64,000 bases of DNA, taken from contig CAZVLE010000047.1 in NCBI GenBank assembly GCA_964627855.1, positions 29,929 to 93,928 of the forward strand. Direction: 5' to 3'. The stretch's first letter is position 1, and each line of letters begins with the position of its first letter. Positions 36,370 to 47,049 of the stretch are shown here, one piece after another. The notes beneath the pieces are model-generated. The model saw only the letters and a program-made list of their open reading frames with translations, made no database searches and had not been told where the DNA came from. This DNA is from an uncultured Syntrophomonadaceae bacterium (GTDB lineage Bacteria > Bacillota > Dethiobacteria > DTU022). A program made the position numbers and the translations under genes.

Positions 36370-36528
36370 CCTTTTCCTCGTAGAGTAATTATTTATTGGC
36401 ATTAAAATACGCCAATACGATTCAATTGATTCTATCATAAGGGCAAAAGACAAAATAACACCATAGATAGTTTAAAGCTAAACTACCTCAAGGTGCCAAT
36501 AGTAACAATCCCTCAACTATACGTTTAC

Positions 36529-36789
36529 TTAGCGAGGTTCAATAATCAACCTTATTGCTGTTCGTTCCTCACCATCAATTTCGATATCTGTAAATGCAGG
36601 AATACAGATTAGGTCCATACCGCCCGGCGCGACGAAACCACGGGCTATCGCAACCGCTTTAATGGCTTGGTTCAGAGCTCCCGCTCCGATTGTCTGGATT
36701 TCTGCCCCCCCTTTTTCTCTAAGTACTCCCGCAAGAGCACCGGCTACAGAATTGGGATTTGATTTTGCTGAGACCTTTAATACTTCCAT
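36529..36789 (-). CDS. spoVS: Stage V sporulation protein S
   Basis: 86 aa: MEVLKVSAKSNPNSVAGALAGVLRE...GAGALNQAIKAVAIARGF. The RBS is AAAGGAGG. Confidence 0.92.
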   Translation of the reverse strand: MEVLKVSAKSNPNSVAGALAGVLREKGGAEIQTIGAGALNQAIKAVAIARGFVAPGGMDLICIPAFTDIEIDGEERTAIRLIIEPR

Positions 36790-36881
36790 TAATGTTGCCT
36801 CCTTTGCGGTATTAGAAATATTATTCTTCTTAAAGAGCAAAAATCCTGCCTGAATTATATGAATAATTTGATTTTGTTTGC

Positions 36882-37667
36882 TTAGATTATTTCGTTAATC
36901 CTCTTAATAGAAACAGTTTGCCCAGTATTTCCGTCTATAGTTACGATAACCGCATTGAAGAGGGTTTTGCCGGCAGATATACTCAGCCTGTGGGGCATTT
37001 GGGTCAAAAATCTTTTCAACGGCCCCTCTGTATCGACACCTAATACAGAATTATAAAGGCCTACCATTCCCACGTCAGTTATATAGGCAGTATTTTTAAG
37101 AAGCAGCCTTTCATCTGCGGTTTGCACATGAGTATGAGTGCCAATTACAGCGCTAACCTCACCATCCAGGAACCAGCCCAGGGCTTGTTTTTCAGAAGTA
37201 GCTTCGGCATGGAAATCGACGATAATATTTTTTGTTTCTTCTTTTAAGCGTTTGATTTCTATTTCTGCAATACGAAACGGGCAGTCCAGTTGTTTCATAA
37301 AAACTCTTCCCATCAGGTTAAGGACAGCAACCTTAAATCTGCCATTGTTTAATTCGGTCACAATCGCGCCCTTGCCAGGTGTAGTATCCGGCGGGTAATT
37401 AGCCGGTCTGATTACTCTCGGCTCGTGGTCGATTAATTTATAAATGTCCTTTTGATCCCAGATGTGATTTCCACTGGTTACAACATCTATGCCACACATT
37501 CTTAACTCCTGAAATGTTTTTTCCGTCAAACCGGCACCACCGGCAGCGTTTTCTCCATTCGCTATGACAAAATCAATGCCTTCATTTTTAATTAATACGG
37601 GTAAAGTAAGGGGCAAACATTTCCTCCCGGTTTTACCAACAATATCACCCAGGAAAAGTATTTTCAT
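36882..37667 (-). CDS. ymdB: YmdB-family metallophosphoesterase (2',3'-cyclic-nucleotide phosphodiesterase)
   Basis: MKILFLGDIVG, ANGENAAGG and SGNHIWD are present, with conserved placement downstream of rny. Confidence 0.88.
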   Translation of the reverse strand: MKILFLGDIVGKTGRKCLPLTLPVLIKNEGIDFVIANGENAAGGAGLTEKTFQELRMCGIDVVTSGNHIWDQKDIYKLIDHEPRVIRPANYPPDTTPGKGAIVTELNNGRFKVAVLNLMGRVFMKQLDCPFRIAEIEIKRLKEETKNIIVDFHAEATSEKQALGWFLDGEVSAVIGTHTHVQTADERLLLKNTAYITDVGMVGLYNSVLGVDTEGPLKRFLTQMPHRLSISAGKTLFNAVIVTIDGNTGQTVSIKRINEII

Positions 37668-37800
37668 CGATTTTTTACTTCCCTTCTCTTAGTAAAGCCC
37701 ATTTCACTGGCATTTCTTTTATTTGGCCGGCTTTTCCTGCACCAAATGAAAAAGCACCTCTAAAAGGCGCTTTTTCTGATAATGCATTTAAGCATAATGT

Positions 37801-39336
37801 TTATTTGGCGTAATCAACAGCCCTGGTTTCGCGAATAACTGTTACTTTGATCTGCCCGGGATACTCAAGTTCGCTTTCTATCTTTTTCACAATGTCCCTG
37901 GCAACCTGAATGGAAGTGTAGTCGTCTATCCGATCAGGTTTGACCATGATTCTTATTTCGCGGCCGGCATGGATGGCATAGGCTTTCTCCACTCCTTCAA
38001 AGGAGTCGGCAATATTTTCTAGTTTTTCCAGGCGCTTTATGTATGCCTCGAGAGTTTCTCGCCTTGCGCCGGGTCTGACAGCCGAAATAGCATCTGCAGA
38101 TTGTATTAGGACCGCTTCAAGTGTATTGAAGTCTGTATCACCATGATGAGCAGCAATCGCATTGATAATACCTGGTGATTCCTTATATTTTTTTGCCAGA
38201 TCTGCGCCGATATAGACATGGGAACCTTCTGTCTCGTGGTCTATAGCCTTGCCAATGTCATGTAACAGGCCTGCTCGTTTGGCAAAGTTTACATCAAGGC
38301 CTAGCTCAGATGCCATAATTCCGGCTAAATGAGCGACCTCAATGGAATGTTGTAAAACATTTTGTCCGTAACTTGTCCTGAAACGCAGTTTTCCGAGCAG
38401 TATGACGAGTTCAGGGTGCAGGCCATGCACCCTCGATTCGAAGGTGGCACGTTCGCCTTCTTCCTTGATTTGCATATCGACTTCTTTCCGGGTTTTCTCA
38501 ACTATCTCTTCAATCCTGGCCGGGTGAATGCGTCCATCGCTGACAAGTTTTTCGAGGGCAAGTCGGGCGACTTCTCGTCTAATCGGGTCAAAGCCGGAAA
38601 TAATCACGGCTTCCGGAGTATCATCAATAATAAGATCAATACCGGTCAAAGTTTCTAAAGCCCTAATGTTACGACCTTCGCGCCCAATAATCCTACCTTT
38701 CATTTCATCGTTGGGAAGAGATACCACAGATACAGTAGTTTCAGATACATGATCAGCGGCACAACGCTGAATGGCAAGGGTGACAATTTCTCTTGCTTTT
38801 TTGTCAGCGTCGGCTTTTGCCTGAACTTCAATGTCCCTTACCATAACCATCATTTCATGGTTAACCTCTTCTCTTACTCTCTGCATAAGTACTTCTTTTG
38901 CTTCATCAGAGGTCATACAGGAAACTCTTTCCAGCTCGATCAGCTGTTGTTGATGCAACTGATCAAGTTTTTCACGAAAAGCCCTGTTCTCTTCTTCTTT
39001 GCGCCTGAGCTCCTCCTCTTTTGTTTCCACATTGCTAATCTTGCGATCGAGGCTCTCTTCTTTTTGCAGGAGCCTGCGTTCCATACGCTGTAGTTCTGAA
39101 CGCCTGTCCCTGCTTTCTTTTTCCAAATCACTTCTCAGGCGATGTGCTTCTTCCTTAGCCTCAAGCTGTTTTTCTCTTTTCAAAGCATTTGCTTCATGGT
39201 TTGCTTCTTCAATAATTTTTTTCGCTGCCGCTTCGGCAGAAGATATTTTTGCTTCTGCAATTATCTTACGGGCAAAGTAACCGCTCCCGATACCAACAAG
39301 CAGAGCAGCTACGATCATAATTATAGTTACTATCAT
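37801..39336 (-). CDS. rny: Ribonuclease Y
   Basis: An N-terminal TM helix, a coiled coil, a KH domain ([15 protein letters not shown]) and an HD domain (LLHDIGKA). The start is placed at ATG 39336, 6 nt after GAGGTG. Confidence 0.93.
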   Translation of the reverse strand: MIVTIIMIVAALLVGIGSGYFARKIIAEAKISSAEAAAKKIIEEANHEANALKREKQLEAKEEAHRLRSDLEKESRDRRSELQRMERRLLQKEESLDRKISNVETKEEELRRKEEENRAFREKLDQLHQQQLIELERVSCMTSDEAKEVLMQRVREEVNHEMMVMVRDIEVQAKADADKKAREIVTLAIQRCAADHVSETTVSVVSLPNDEMKGRIIGREGRNIRALETLTGIDLIIDDTPEAVIISGFDPIRREVARLALEKLVSDGRIHPARIEEIVEKTRKEVDMQIKEEGERATFESRVHGLHPELVILLGKLRFRTSYGQNVLQHSIEVAHLAGIMASELGLDVNFAKRAGLLHDIGKAIDHETEGSHVYIGADLAKKYKESPGIINAIAAHHGDTDFNTLEAVLIQSADAISAVRPGARRETLEAYIKRLEKLENIADSFEGVEKAYAIHAGREIRIMVKPDRIDDYTSIQVARDIVKKIESELEYPGQIKVTVIRETRAVDYAK

Positions 39337-39383
39337 ACATTTCACCTCTCTTTCTTTTATTCTTTAATCTAAAACGCAATCGC

Positions 39384-39430
39384 ACGGGCAATCATGATTA
39401 TCATATTCCAGGCTAAGCAGTTACTCTAAA
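39384..39430. repeat. Partial copy (right arm only) of the interspersed repeat
   Basis: ACGGGCAATCATGATTATCATATTCCAGGCTAAGCAGTTACTCTAAA aligns with 28683-28729 (ACGGGCAATCATCATTGTCATATTCCAGGCTGAGTAGTTACTTAAA). Confidence 0.5.
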
Positions 39431-39435
39431 ACTTG

Positions 39436-39470
39436 CATAAAATAAAATAGCTGTGTTCAGAACACAGCTA
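39436..39470 (-). terminator. Rho-independent terminator of recA-recX
   Basis: On the minus strand, hairpin TAGCTGTGTT-CTG-AACACAGCTA (39448-39470) is followed by ATTTTATTTTAT. Confidence 0.6.
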
Positions 39471-39653
39471 AAAAGAGAAAGTGTGCAAATGGGTACAGTT
39501 ACCCCTTTGCAAATAAGATTCTATGTTGTTTTAATCTATCCACAGTACGTAACGTACCAGGCTTTCTCTTGTCAGTTGTAAACTGAACATTACAAAATCA
39601 TAATTTATCTTCTTTAATTTTAGCTTTAAAAAAATATTATGTCAAGGAAAATG

Positions 39654-40139
39654 CTACTCTGACAGAATGCTATCCTGAGAATAGTGCTCGTTTAATACAG
39701 CCAAGATGAGGCTGTCTTGAAAACCTCGTCTTTTCAGAAAAGCGGCCTGTCGTTTGACCCAGCGGACATCGATTTTCTGCTCGCGGGAAACCCTTTTTTC
39801 CAGGAGAGCTTTGATTCTGACTAAATCATCATCCCGGCTAAATGATGCTTCCAGTTTTTCTTCTATTAGATCTCTAGTGATACCCTTAATGATTAATTCA
39901 TGACGCACTTTTAAAATCCCATAACCCTGGTTTTTACGATAAGCGATAAAATTATCAACAAACTTTTCATCATTAAGATAGCCATAGTTAATCATTTCAC
40001 CAATAATGGCTTCGCTGGTATCATCTGTAAAACCTTTGCTTTTCAGGTAATCAATAGCTTCCTTAATACTGCGCGATCTGTAAGTGAGAAATTTTAAAAG
40101 CATTGATCGAGCTCTTTTGCTGTCTAAATCTAAACTCAA
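39654..40139 (-). CDS. recX: RecA regulator RecX
   Basis: 161 aa with a helical-repeat pattern (LKFLTYRSRSIKEAIDYL...), lying directly downstream of recA. The start is TTG. Confidence 0.85.
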   Translation of the reverse strand: MSLDLDSKRARSMLLKFLTYRSRSIKEAIDYLKSKGFTDDTSEAIIGEMINYGYLNDEKFVDNFIAYRKNQGYGILKVRHELIIKGITRDLIEEKLEASFSRDDDLVRIKALLEKRVSREQKIDVRWVKRQAAFLKRRGFQDSLILAVLNEHYSQDSILSE

Positions 40140-40182
40140 ATTATTTCAGCTCCACCTGTATCGATCTAACGGTGACTTTATG

Positions 40183-40213
40183 AAGTCTGCCTGCTTTAGA
40201 AGCAGGCAGACTT
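40183..40213 (-). other. Strong stem-loop between recA and recX
   Basis: AAGTCTGCCTGCT (40183-40195) pairs with AGCAGGCAGACTT (40201-40213), a 13-bp perfect stem. There is no U-tract on either strand. Confidence 0.5.
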
Positions 40214-40259
40214 TAGCAAGAACAGATTGTAGCTTAATGAAGCCTGAGGTATATGCCGG

Positions 40260-41309
40260 TTAACTCTTTGTATTTTCTTCTTTATCTTTTTGATTGTTCG
40301 CATTGGTATTATCAGGAGTTTTTACCAATAGCCCAATAGATTCTCTGACTTTATTCTCAATGGCAAGCTTGATCTGAGGGTTTTCTTTAAGGAATTCTCT
40401 CACATTTTCCCGACCCTGCCCGATTCTTTCCTCGCCATAGGAATACCAGGCACCACTTTTAGTGATGACATTTTCTTCAAGACCGAGATCAATCAATGAT
40501 CCCTCGGCAGATATTCCTTTTCCGTAAAGAATATCAAACTCGGCAACCTTGAATGGTGGCGCTACTTTATTCTTTACTACTTTCACCCTGGTTCTATTGC
40601 CAATAATTTGATCCGACCCGACTTTTAAGGTCTCGATCCTCCTGACATCAAGCCTCACTGAGGAATAGAACTTTAAGGCCCTGCCACCCGGGGTAACCTC
40701 GGGGTTACCAAACATTACACCTACTTTTTCCCGAATTTGATTAATAAAAATGGCGCTGGTTCTTGATTTGCTGATTACTCCTGATAACTTTCGTAAAGCC
40801 TGAGACATTAGCCTGGCCTGAAGCCCTACATGCGAGTCTCCCATTTCTCCCTCAATTTCAGCTCTCGGGACAAGAGCGGCTACCGAGTCGATAACCAGTA
40901 CATCAATAGCGCCACTACGGACAAGCGCCTCGGCGATTTCAAGGGCTTGCTCGCCTGTATCGGGTTGTGAAACAAGCAATTCGTCAAGATTTACACCAAG
41001 ATTGGTTGCGTACTGGGGGTCAAGGGCGTGTTCAGCATCAATAAAAGCGGCAAATCCACCTGTTTTTTGGGCTTCGGCTATAATATGCAATGCTACGGTA
41101 GTCTTACCGGAAGATTCTGGCCCAAATATTTCGATTACCCTGCCTCTGGGTACACCTCCGACACCGAGGGCGAGATCAAGTGAAAGGCTGCCTGTTGGAA
41201 TGACAGCGATCTCCATTACTGCATCCTGGCCCAGCTTCATAACAGAACCTTTTCCGAATTGCTTCTCAATCTGTAAAAGGGCTGCTTCCAGTGCTTTTTC
41301 TTTTTCCAA
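40260..41309 (-). CDS. recA: Recombinase RecA
   Basis: GPESSGKTT, the LDPQYA region and the IDSVAAL motif. The TTG start lies 9 nt after GGAGGAGG. Confidence 0.97.
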   Translation of the reverse strand: MEKEKALEAALLQIEKQFGKGSVMKLGQDAVMEIAVIPTGSLSLDLALGVGGVPRGRVIEIFGPESSGKTTVALHIIAEAQKTGGFAAFIDAEHALDPQYATNLGVNLDELLVSQPDTGEQALEIAEALVRSGAIDVLVIDSVAALVPRAEIEGEMGDSHVGLQARLMSQALRKLSGVISKSRTSAIFINQIREKVGVMFGNPEVTPGGRALKFYSSVRLDVRRIETLKVGSDQIIGNRTRVKVVKNKVAPPFKVAEFDILYGKGISAEGSLIDLGLEENVITKSGAWYSYGEERIGQGRENVREFLKENPQIKLAIENKVRESIGLLVKTPDNTNANNQKDKEENTKS

Positions 41310-41413
41310 CCAGTTGAACCTCCTCCAGGTTATAATGATCCTATCAGCTTACTTCTGTTTTTTGAACAGATATCCTTCAAGGTAACAGCTGCTTTTCATA
41401 TCTTTTTGCCCTT

Positions 41414-42004
41414 TCATTCTAGAGCAAGAGTGGCTTTATAAAGAGGGGTGTGAATAGCCCTGCTCTCTGTCAGGCGACTTTCAAACAAGATAAGCTCAGT
41501 TGTGGTATGGCGACTACTTTCAAATGATTGCTCATCGCTTAAAAATTTTTCAATAGCATCTTCCGGCAAAGAACGTGTGATTCTACCAATAGTTAAATGA
41601 GGCTGATACTTGCGTGTTTCTTGTTTAAATCCTTTGCTGGTCAAGGCTTGATCCAGCGCCTGGAAAAGATTTTCTATTTCTATCTTTCCCTCTTTCAGAC
41701 CTATCCAGATAACTCTTGCTTTCCGGACAGAAGGAAAAACTCCGCAACCGCCATACCTGACCTGAAACTGCCTGAAAGAAGCTGCCGATTCATCCATGGC
41801 TAATTTAATCATGTTGATATGATCAATATTCGTATCTCCCAAAAATTTAAGGGTTAGATGCAGCTGTTCTGGTCGTACCCAGCGCACGCCCTGTAACTTA
41901 TGGCGGGTAATATTTTGTAATAAAGCGACTTCTTTTCTTTGTTGCGCCGAGAGTTCAATAGCAATGAAGAGCCTTAAATTGTTTTTCATGGTTTCAACTT
42001 TCAC
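41414..42004 (-). CDS. thpR: RNA 2',3'-cyclic phosphodiesterase (ThpR/LigT, 2H family)
   Basis: Two HxT/S motifs are present (HLTLKFLG and HLTIGRI). The start may be ATG 41989. Confidence 0.85.
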   Translation of the reverse strand: MKVETMKNNLRLFIAIELSAQQRKEVALLQNITRHKLQGVRWVRPEQLHLTLKFLGDTNIDHINMIKLAMDESAASFRQFQVRYGGCGVFPSVRKARVIWIGLKEGKIEIENLFQALDQALTSKGFKQETRKYQPHLTIGRITRSLPEDAIEKFLSDEQSFESSRHTTTELILFESRLTESRAIHTPLYKATLALE

Positions 42005-43245
42005 TCCTCAGGCAAATACTTCTTGACCATTTTCCTGACCAGATCGAGAGCATAATATGAAGCTCTCTCTTTCACAGTTCGCCTACCACCGCTTAGTTCA
42101 AGTCTCTTAAGAATCAGTTCGCTGGACGAACAGGCAGCAATATAAACCAGTCCGACCGGTTCATTTGAATTAGCTTTATCCGGCCCGGCCAGACCAGTTA
42201 TCCCGATCCCGTAATCAGCGCCAAATAAGAGCATCGCTTTTTTAGCCATCTCTTCAGCTGTGGTAGCACTTACCTCGCCTTCCCGGTCAAGCATCTCAGC
42301 CTCTAAACCAAGGATATTCTTCTTAATGTCCCTGTTGTAGGCGATAAGACCGCCCTTGTAATATTTTGAACAACCGGGTATGTCAGTAATAAGGTCTGAC
42401 AATAGACCACCGCTGCAGGATTCTGCAATAGCCAGCGTTAAATTATTGGCAATAAAAAGATCAGCTACAATGCCCGGCAGGGTGTCTTCATCATTGCCGA
42501 TAATGAAGTCGCCCAGTTTCTCTCGAAGTCCTTTTTCAGCTTCTCCTATGGACTTTTCTATTTGGAGACTAGTGCCTTTTCCCTTGATTTGCAGGTCAAC
42601 TTCATAGCCCCTGGCAACATATGATATTGTCGATAAAGCCGCGTTGCCAATTTCCTTAATTTTTTCTTCCAGCAGGGACTCACCGATGCCGAAACACTTG
42701 ATTGTTTTAACCTTTGTTTGTATGCCTTGATTATTATTTAAAAGATAAGGTAAAACCTCTTCTTCAAAGATGATTTTCAATTCGTGGGGAGGCCCGGGAA
42801 GAAGGACAATGATTCGCCCTTCTATTTCAATTATTTGGCCGGGAGCCGTTCCATATTTGTTCTTTAATAACCTGCCCCCGTCGAGTATTTGGGCTTGTTT
42901 ACGATTGTTCAAAGGCATCGCAATGCCACGTTTCCTGAAGAAATGCTCCATCTTTTCCAGCCATAGCCTATCTTCAACAAGGGGTAAACCTAAAGCTGCA
43001 GCAACAGCTTCCCTGGTAAGATCATCATCGGTTGGTCCCAGACCACCGGTCAGGATGATCAGGTCACTTTCAAGCAAAGCCCGGTCAATAGCATTTTTTA
43101 TCGATTTGATTTCATCGGCAACGACAATCGATTCCCGGACAGGAATACCTGTTGACCAGAGCTTTCTGGCCAGATAACCACTATTACTGTTTTCAATCAA
43201 ACCAGTTAAAAGCTCGTTACCGATACAGATCAGATCTGCCTGCAA
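42001..43245 (-). CDS. cinA: CinA-family protein (MoCF-binding domain plus nicotinamide-nucleotide amidohydrolase PncC domain)
   Basis: IGNELLTG and TGGLGPTDDDLT in the N-domain, and a C-terminal CinA domain (ESCSGG, GITGLAGP). The start is placed at TTG 43245, 7 nt after GAGAGGTGA. Confidence 0.9.
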   Translation of the reverse strand: MQADLICIGNELLTGLIENSNSGYLARKLWSTGIPVRESIVVADEIKSIKNAIDRALLESDLIILTGGLGPTDDDLTREAVAAALGLPLVEDRLWLEKMEHFFRKRGIAMPLNNRKQAQILDGGRLLKNKYGTAPGQIIEIEGRIIVLLPGPPHELKIIFEEEVLPYLLNNNQGIQTKVKTIKCFGIGESLLEEKIKEIGNAALSTISYVARGYEVDLQIKGKGTSLQIEKSIGEAEKGLREKLGDFIIGNDEDTLPGIVADLFIANNLTLAIAESCSGGLLSDLITDIPGCSKYYKGGLIAYNRDIKKNILGLEAEMLDREGEVSATTAEEMAKKAMLLFGADYGIGITGLAGPDKANSNEPVGLVYIAACSSSELILKRLELSGGRRTVKERASYYALDLVRKMVKKYLPEE

Positions 43246-43252
43246 TTTACGA

Positions 43253-44614
43253 TCACCTCTCAATAAGGGTATTTTTCAGCAAAGGCGACTTTACAGCCAG
43301 CAGGTGATATGGTGAAGCGGCAGAAATCTCAACCGAAACCCAGTCTCCACTTTTAAGCGGCTTTTCAGAACGGAAGTAAACACCACCATCGACTTCGGGA
43401 GCCTGGTACTCTGTCCGTCCGTAGTACCATTTGGCATTTCTGTTAACTATTTTTTCAACCAGGACAGTAACTTCATTGCCTACCTGACGAAGGTTTTGTT
43501 GTAGAGACAAACTTCTCTGCTTGCTCATCAACCTTCGAAAACGTTTATTTGCCAATCGCTGCGGCACCTGGTCAGAAAGTTTGGCAGCTATAGTTCCTTT
43601 TTGCCTGGAAAAAGTAAACGCACCGAGGTGTTTAAAATAACCCTTTTCAATAAAAGCCAGTAATTGTGTAAAGTCTCTGCTTTTCTCGCCAGGATAACCA
43701 ACCATACAGGTAGTACGTAAAGCAATATCAGGCACAGTCAGAATGATCTGCTTGATCAGTTCTTCTATTTGCTCACTGTTATAGGACCGGTTCATCCTTG
43801 CTAAGACAGCATTGCTTAAATGCTGCACAGGAATATCCAGGTAATTACAGATTCTTTTTTCTGAGGCAATCAATTCAATGAGGCTATTGTTAATTCGATC
43901 AGGGTAAGTATACATGATTCTTAACCAAAAGATATCTTTCAGAGACAGAATCATTTTGATCAAACCGGTTAGATCGGGATAAGCAAGCTCATCACTACCA
44001 TATGCTGTAGTATCCTGGGCTATAAGGTTGACTTCTTTTGCTCCACTTTTTACTAAAACGCCGATTTCATCAACAATCTCTTCAGGATCACGACTCCTGT
44101 AAGGCCCTCTGATCATCGGAATCCGACAATAATGACAGCAATTGCTGCATCCCTCAGCTATTTTAACATTTACACTATGAATGGGTGTAGTCAGCAACCT
44201 GGGGAAAAATGAGCAGTAACTGTCACCGGGTTTTTTCCTGATCAATGTTCGTTTACCACACTGAACCAGGGACATCAGTTTATCGATCGAACTGTAACTG
44301 TGCACACCAATGGCACCATCGATTTCCGGTACTTTATTTAAAATATCGCTTCCGAATTGTTCAACAAGGCAACCTGCAGCAATAATTTTTACCTTTATGC
44401 TTTTTTTTTCGGAGGCGACTTTAAGCAGTGTATCTACAGATTCCTGCTGGGCACTATCTATAAACGCACAGGTGTTAACAAAAATGACATCAGCAAATTG
44501 CAGGTTGTCAGTGATTAGATAGCCCTTTGCCGCTAAATAACCAAGAACTTCTTCAGTGTCAACACGATTCTTTGCACAACCAAGGGAGACTGCCGCCAGA
44601 GTTAAAGTTTTCAT
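43253..44614 (-). CDS. rimO: Ribosomal protein S12 methylthiotransferase RimO
   Basis: N-terminus SLGCAKNRVDTE, a radical-SAM Cys cluster (EGCSNCCHYC) and a C-terminal TRAM domain. Confidence 0.92.
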   Translation of the reverse strand: MKTLTLAAVSLGCAKNRVDTEEVLGYLAAKGYLITDNLQFADVIFVNTCAFIDSAQQESVDTLLKVASEKKSIKVKIIAAGCLVEQFGSDILNKVPEIDGAIGVHSYSSIDKLMSLVQCGKRTLIRKKPGDSYCSFFPRLLTTPIHSVNVKIAEGCSNCCHYCRIPMIRGPYRSRDPEEIVDEIGVLVKSGAKEVNLIAQDTTAYGSDELAYPDLTGLIKMILSLKDIFWLRIMYTYPDRINNSLIELIASEKRICNYLDIPVQHLSNAVLARMNRSYNSEQIEELIKQIILTVPDIALRTTCMVGYPGEKSRDFTQLLAFIEKGYFKHLGAFTFSRQKGTIAAKLSDQVPQRLANKRFRRLMSKQRSLSLQQNLRQVGNEVTVLVEKIVNRNAKWYYGRTEYQAPEVDGGVYFRSEKPLKSGDWVSVEISAASPYHLLAVKSPLLKNTLIER

Positions 44615-44641
44615 CTAGATTATTTTACCTTTATGGATCAA

Positions 44642-46960
44642 TTAGTGATTATTTTTCTTAAATTCCTCACAGAGGTGAGCTGATTGTTCTTCCGTAATCA
44701 GGACATCACGTGGTTTGCTTCCTTCGAAGGGGCCGACTACACCCCGCTTTTCAAGATCATCAATCAAGCGGGCTGCACGGGTGTAACCAATGCGAAATCG
44801 TCTCTGCAACAGGGAGATTGAGGCCTGGCCTGTACGCACTACCAGATCAACGGCTTCCGCAAATAGGGCATCAAGTGCTTCCTCTTCTTTTTCATCGGGA
44901 ATAGCTAAAAAATTATTGTCCTGATCATATTCTACCTGACCCTGGGCCTTGATAAAGTCAGTGATCCTTTTAATTTCACCTTCACTGACATATGCTCCCT
45001 GAACACGGAATGGTTTTACAGCCCCGACAGGAGAAAAAAGCATATCTCCGCTGCCGAGCAGTTTTTCAGCTCCGGCCATATCAAGGATTGTTCTGGAGTC
45101 AACCTGTGAAGAAACGGTAAAAGCGACCCTGGATGTTATGTTTGCTTTAATAATCCCGGTAAGAACATCGACAGAGGGCCGCTGTGTAGCGACCACCAGG
45201 TGGATACCAGCCGCCCTTGACATCTGGGCCAGCCTGGCAATGGCGTCTTCCACCTCTCCCGGAGAAACAAGCATTAAATCGGCCAGTTCATCGATGATGA
45301 TGACAATAAAAGATAGTTTTTCAAGTTCATTTTCTTTCGCCGCCATTTCATTATATGCACTAATATCTCTTACTCCCAGATCGGCGAAGAGTTCGTAACG
45401 CCTGCCCATTTCCCTGACCATGTTTTTCAGGGCCAGGGCCGATTTCCGGGGATCGGTGAGCACGGGCATTAACAAGTGTGGTATCCCGTTGTAAATACTT
45501 AATTCGACAACCTTTGGGTCGATCATCATAAGGCGCACTTGATCCGGATCAGCCTTGTAAAGCATGCTGGTAATAATTGTGTTCAGGCAGACGCTTTTAC
45601 CGGCTCCTGTAGCTCCTGCAATGAGTAGATGGGGCATTTTTGTCAAATCGGCAATGATCGGATTGCCGGTTATATCCTTGCCAAGCCCAATTGTCAAAGG
45701 TGACGGACTTTTTTGGAATGAATTGTCTTCCATAACTTCTCTTATGTGAACGAGAGCAATTATTTTATTCGGCACTTCGATGCCCAGCGCAGCTTTGCCG
45801 GGTATGGGAGCTTCAATTCGAACCAGGGGGGCGGCAAGATTTAAGGCAAGATCGTCTGAAAGGCTCAGGATACGGCTCACCTTTACACCTGCTTCGGGTT
45901 GTACTTCGAACCTGGTTACAGTTGGGCCGGATTGAACATGAACAACCCTGGCCTTTACACCAAAGCTGAGCAGCGTATTTTCAAGCAGGCGAGCCTGGCT
46001 TCTGCTACTCTTAACATGCTGATCTCCGTTCTGACGGGGTAGAGAAAGCAAACGCAGGGGTGGCATCTGATAATCTGACAGTTTTGGCTGTCTGCTTTGC
46101 TTCGGCAGTGGTTCAGGAGTAATATCACCTGCTGCAGCAGCTTCCAGGGCTTCTGTTTTCTGTAGCAGTCTCTCCTTCTGATACTCACTCAGTTCATCTT
46201 TTTTTTCTTTATGTTCTTCCGGACCGGACTCATTAGCTTCGGCAGCATTATTGTTCCGTTCTTCCAGGCTTTGCTGCCGGTACTCAGCAGCACTAATACT
46301 AATCTCGTCCATTTCCCCTTCTTGAGGTGCTTGTTCACCCCGTGCGTCAGTGGCGAGACTATTGATCAGGCTTTTTAGCGCGCCTAAAGCTTTCTTCCAC
46401 AGGGTGCTAAAGGCTTCAAGAATAGAGAATAGCGCTTTGATTATTTTTTTAATGGATACATTAAAAACGACCAGGACAGCTATCAGGGCCAGGGCTACCA
46501 GCAAGATTCGGCTTCCTGTCAGGCCAAGCAGGTAAAATAAGCCACCTGAAAAAATAGCCCCCAGCATCCCCCCTCCTTCTCCCGCAAGGCCCAGGGTGAG
46601 ACCTTCGAAAAAAATGTTGGCCGGAATGGTGTTTGTTAATGTAGTTTTTAGCAAATCAAGGTGAATCCAGGTCATGTAAAGTAAGGGTAAAATCAGCAGA
46701 GCCACTATTCTGCCCTTGTATTGTTTGCGACTTTTTGGCCAGAGCAGGTGCAGAGAAAAAAGGGCAATAATAACCGGTATGATCAGGGCTGCCGTTCCGG
46801 CCATAGAGCGCAGGGCAGTATTGACGTAAAGGCCGGCTCCACCAGCCTGATCGGTGTGATAAAGGCCAAGGTAAGAAAAAGCAGCCAGCGCCAGCAACAA
46901 TATTCCCTTGATTTGCAAACGCATTTCTTTACTTGCAGTTTTTTTTGCTTTTTTAGCCAA
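44642..46960 (-). CDS. ftsK: DNA translocase FtsK/SpoIIIE
   Basis: N-terminal TM helices, a linker, an ATPase domain with GATGAGKS and a C-terminal winged-helix gamma domain (ISLLQRRFRIGYTRAARLID). Confidence 0.93.
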   Translation of the reverse strand: MAKKAKKTASKEMRLQIKGILLLALAAFSYLGLYHTDQAGGAGLYVNTALRSMAGTAALIIPVIIALFSLHLLWPKSRKQYKGRIVALLILPLLYMTWIHLDLLKTTLTNTIPANIFFEGLTLGLAGEGGGMLGAIFSGGLFYLLGLTGSRILLVALALIAVLVVFNVSIKKIIKALFSILEAFSTLWKKALGALKSLINSLATDARGEQAPQEGEMDEISISAAEYRQQSLEERNNNAAEANESGPEEHKEKKDELSEYQKERLLQKTEALEAAAAGDITPEPLPKQSRQPKLSDYQMPPLRLLSLPRQNGDQHVKSSRSQARLLENTLLSFGVKARVVHVQSGPTVTRFEVQPEAGVKVSRILSLSDDLALNLAAPLVRIEAPIPGKAALGIEVPNKIIALVHIREVMEDNSFQKSPSPLTIGLGKDITGNPIIADLTKMPHLLIAGATGAGKSVCLNTIITSMLYKADPDQVRLMMIDPKVVELSIYNGIPHLLMPVLTDPRKSALALKNMVREMGRRYELFADLGVRDISAYNEMAAKENELEKLSFIVIIIDELADLMLVSPGEVEDAIARLAQMSRAAGIHLVVATQRPSVDVLTGIIKANITSRVAFTVSSQVDSRTILDMAGAEKLLGSGDMLFSPVGAVKPFRVQGAYVSEGEIKRITDFIKAQGQVEYDQDNNFLAIPDEKEEEALDALFAEAVDLVVRTGQASISLLQRRFRIGYTRAARLIDDLEKRGVVGPFEGSKPRDVLITEEQSAHLCEEFKKNNH

Positions 46961-47049
46961 TATTTGCCTGCTTCCTTTGGTTGCTACTTGTTATTTTTAA
47001 AATTATAAAACACTTGTTCGGTTTTGTAAAGTCATTTGCTGCTGCATTA

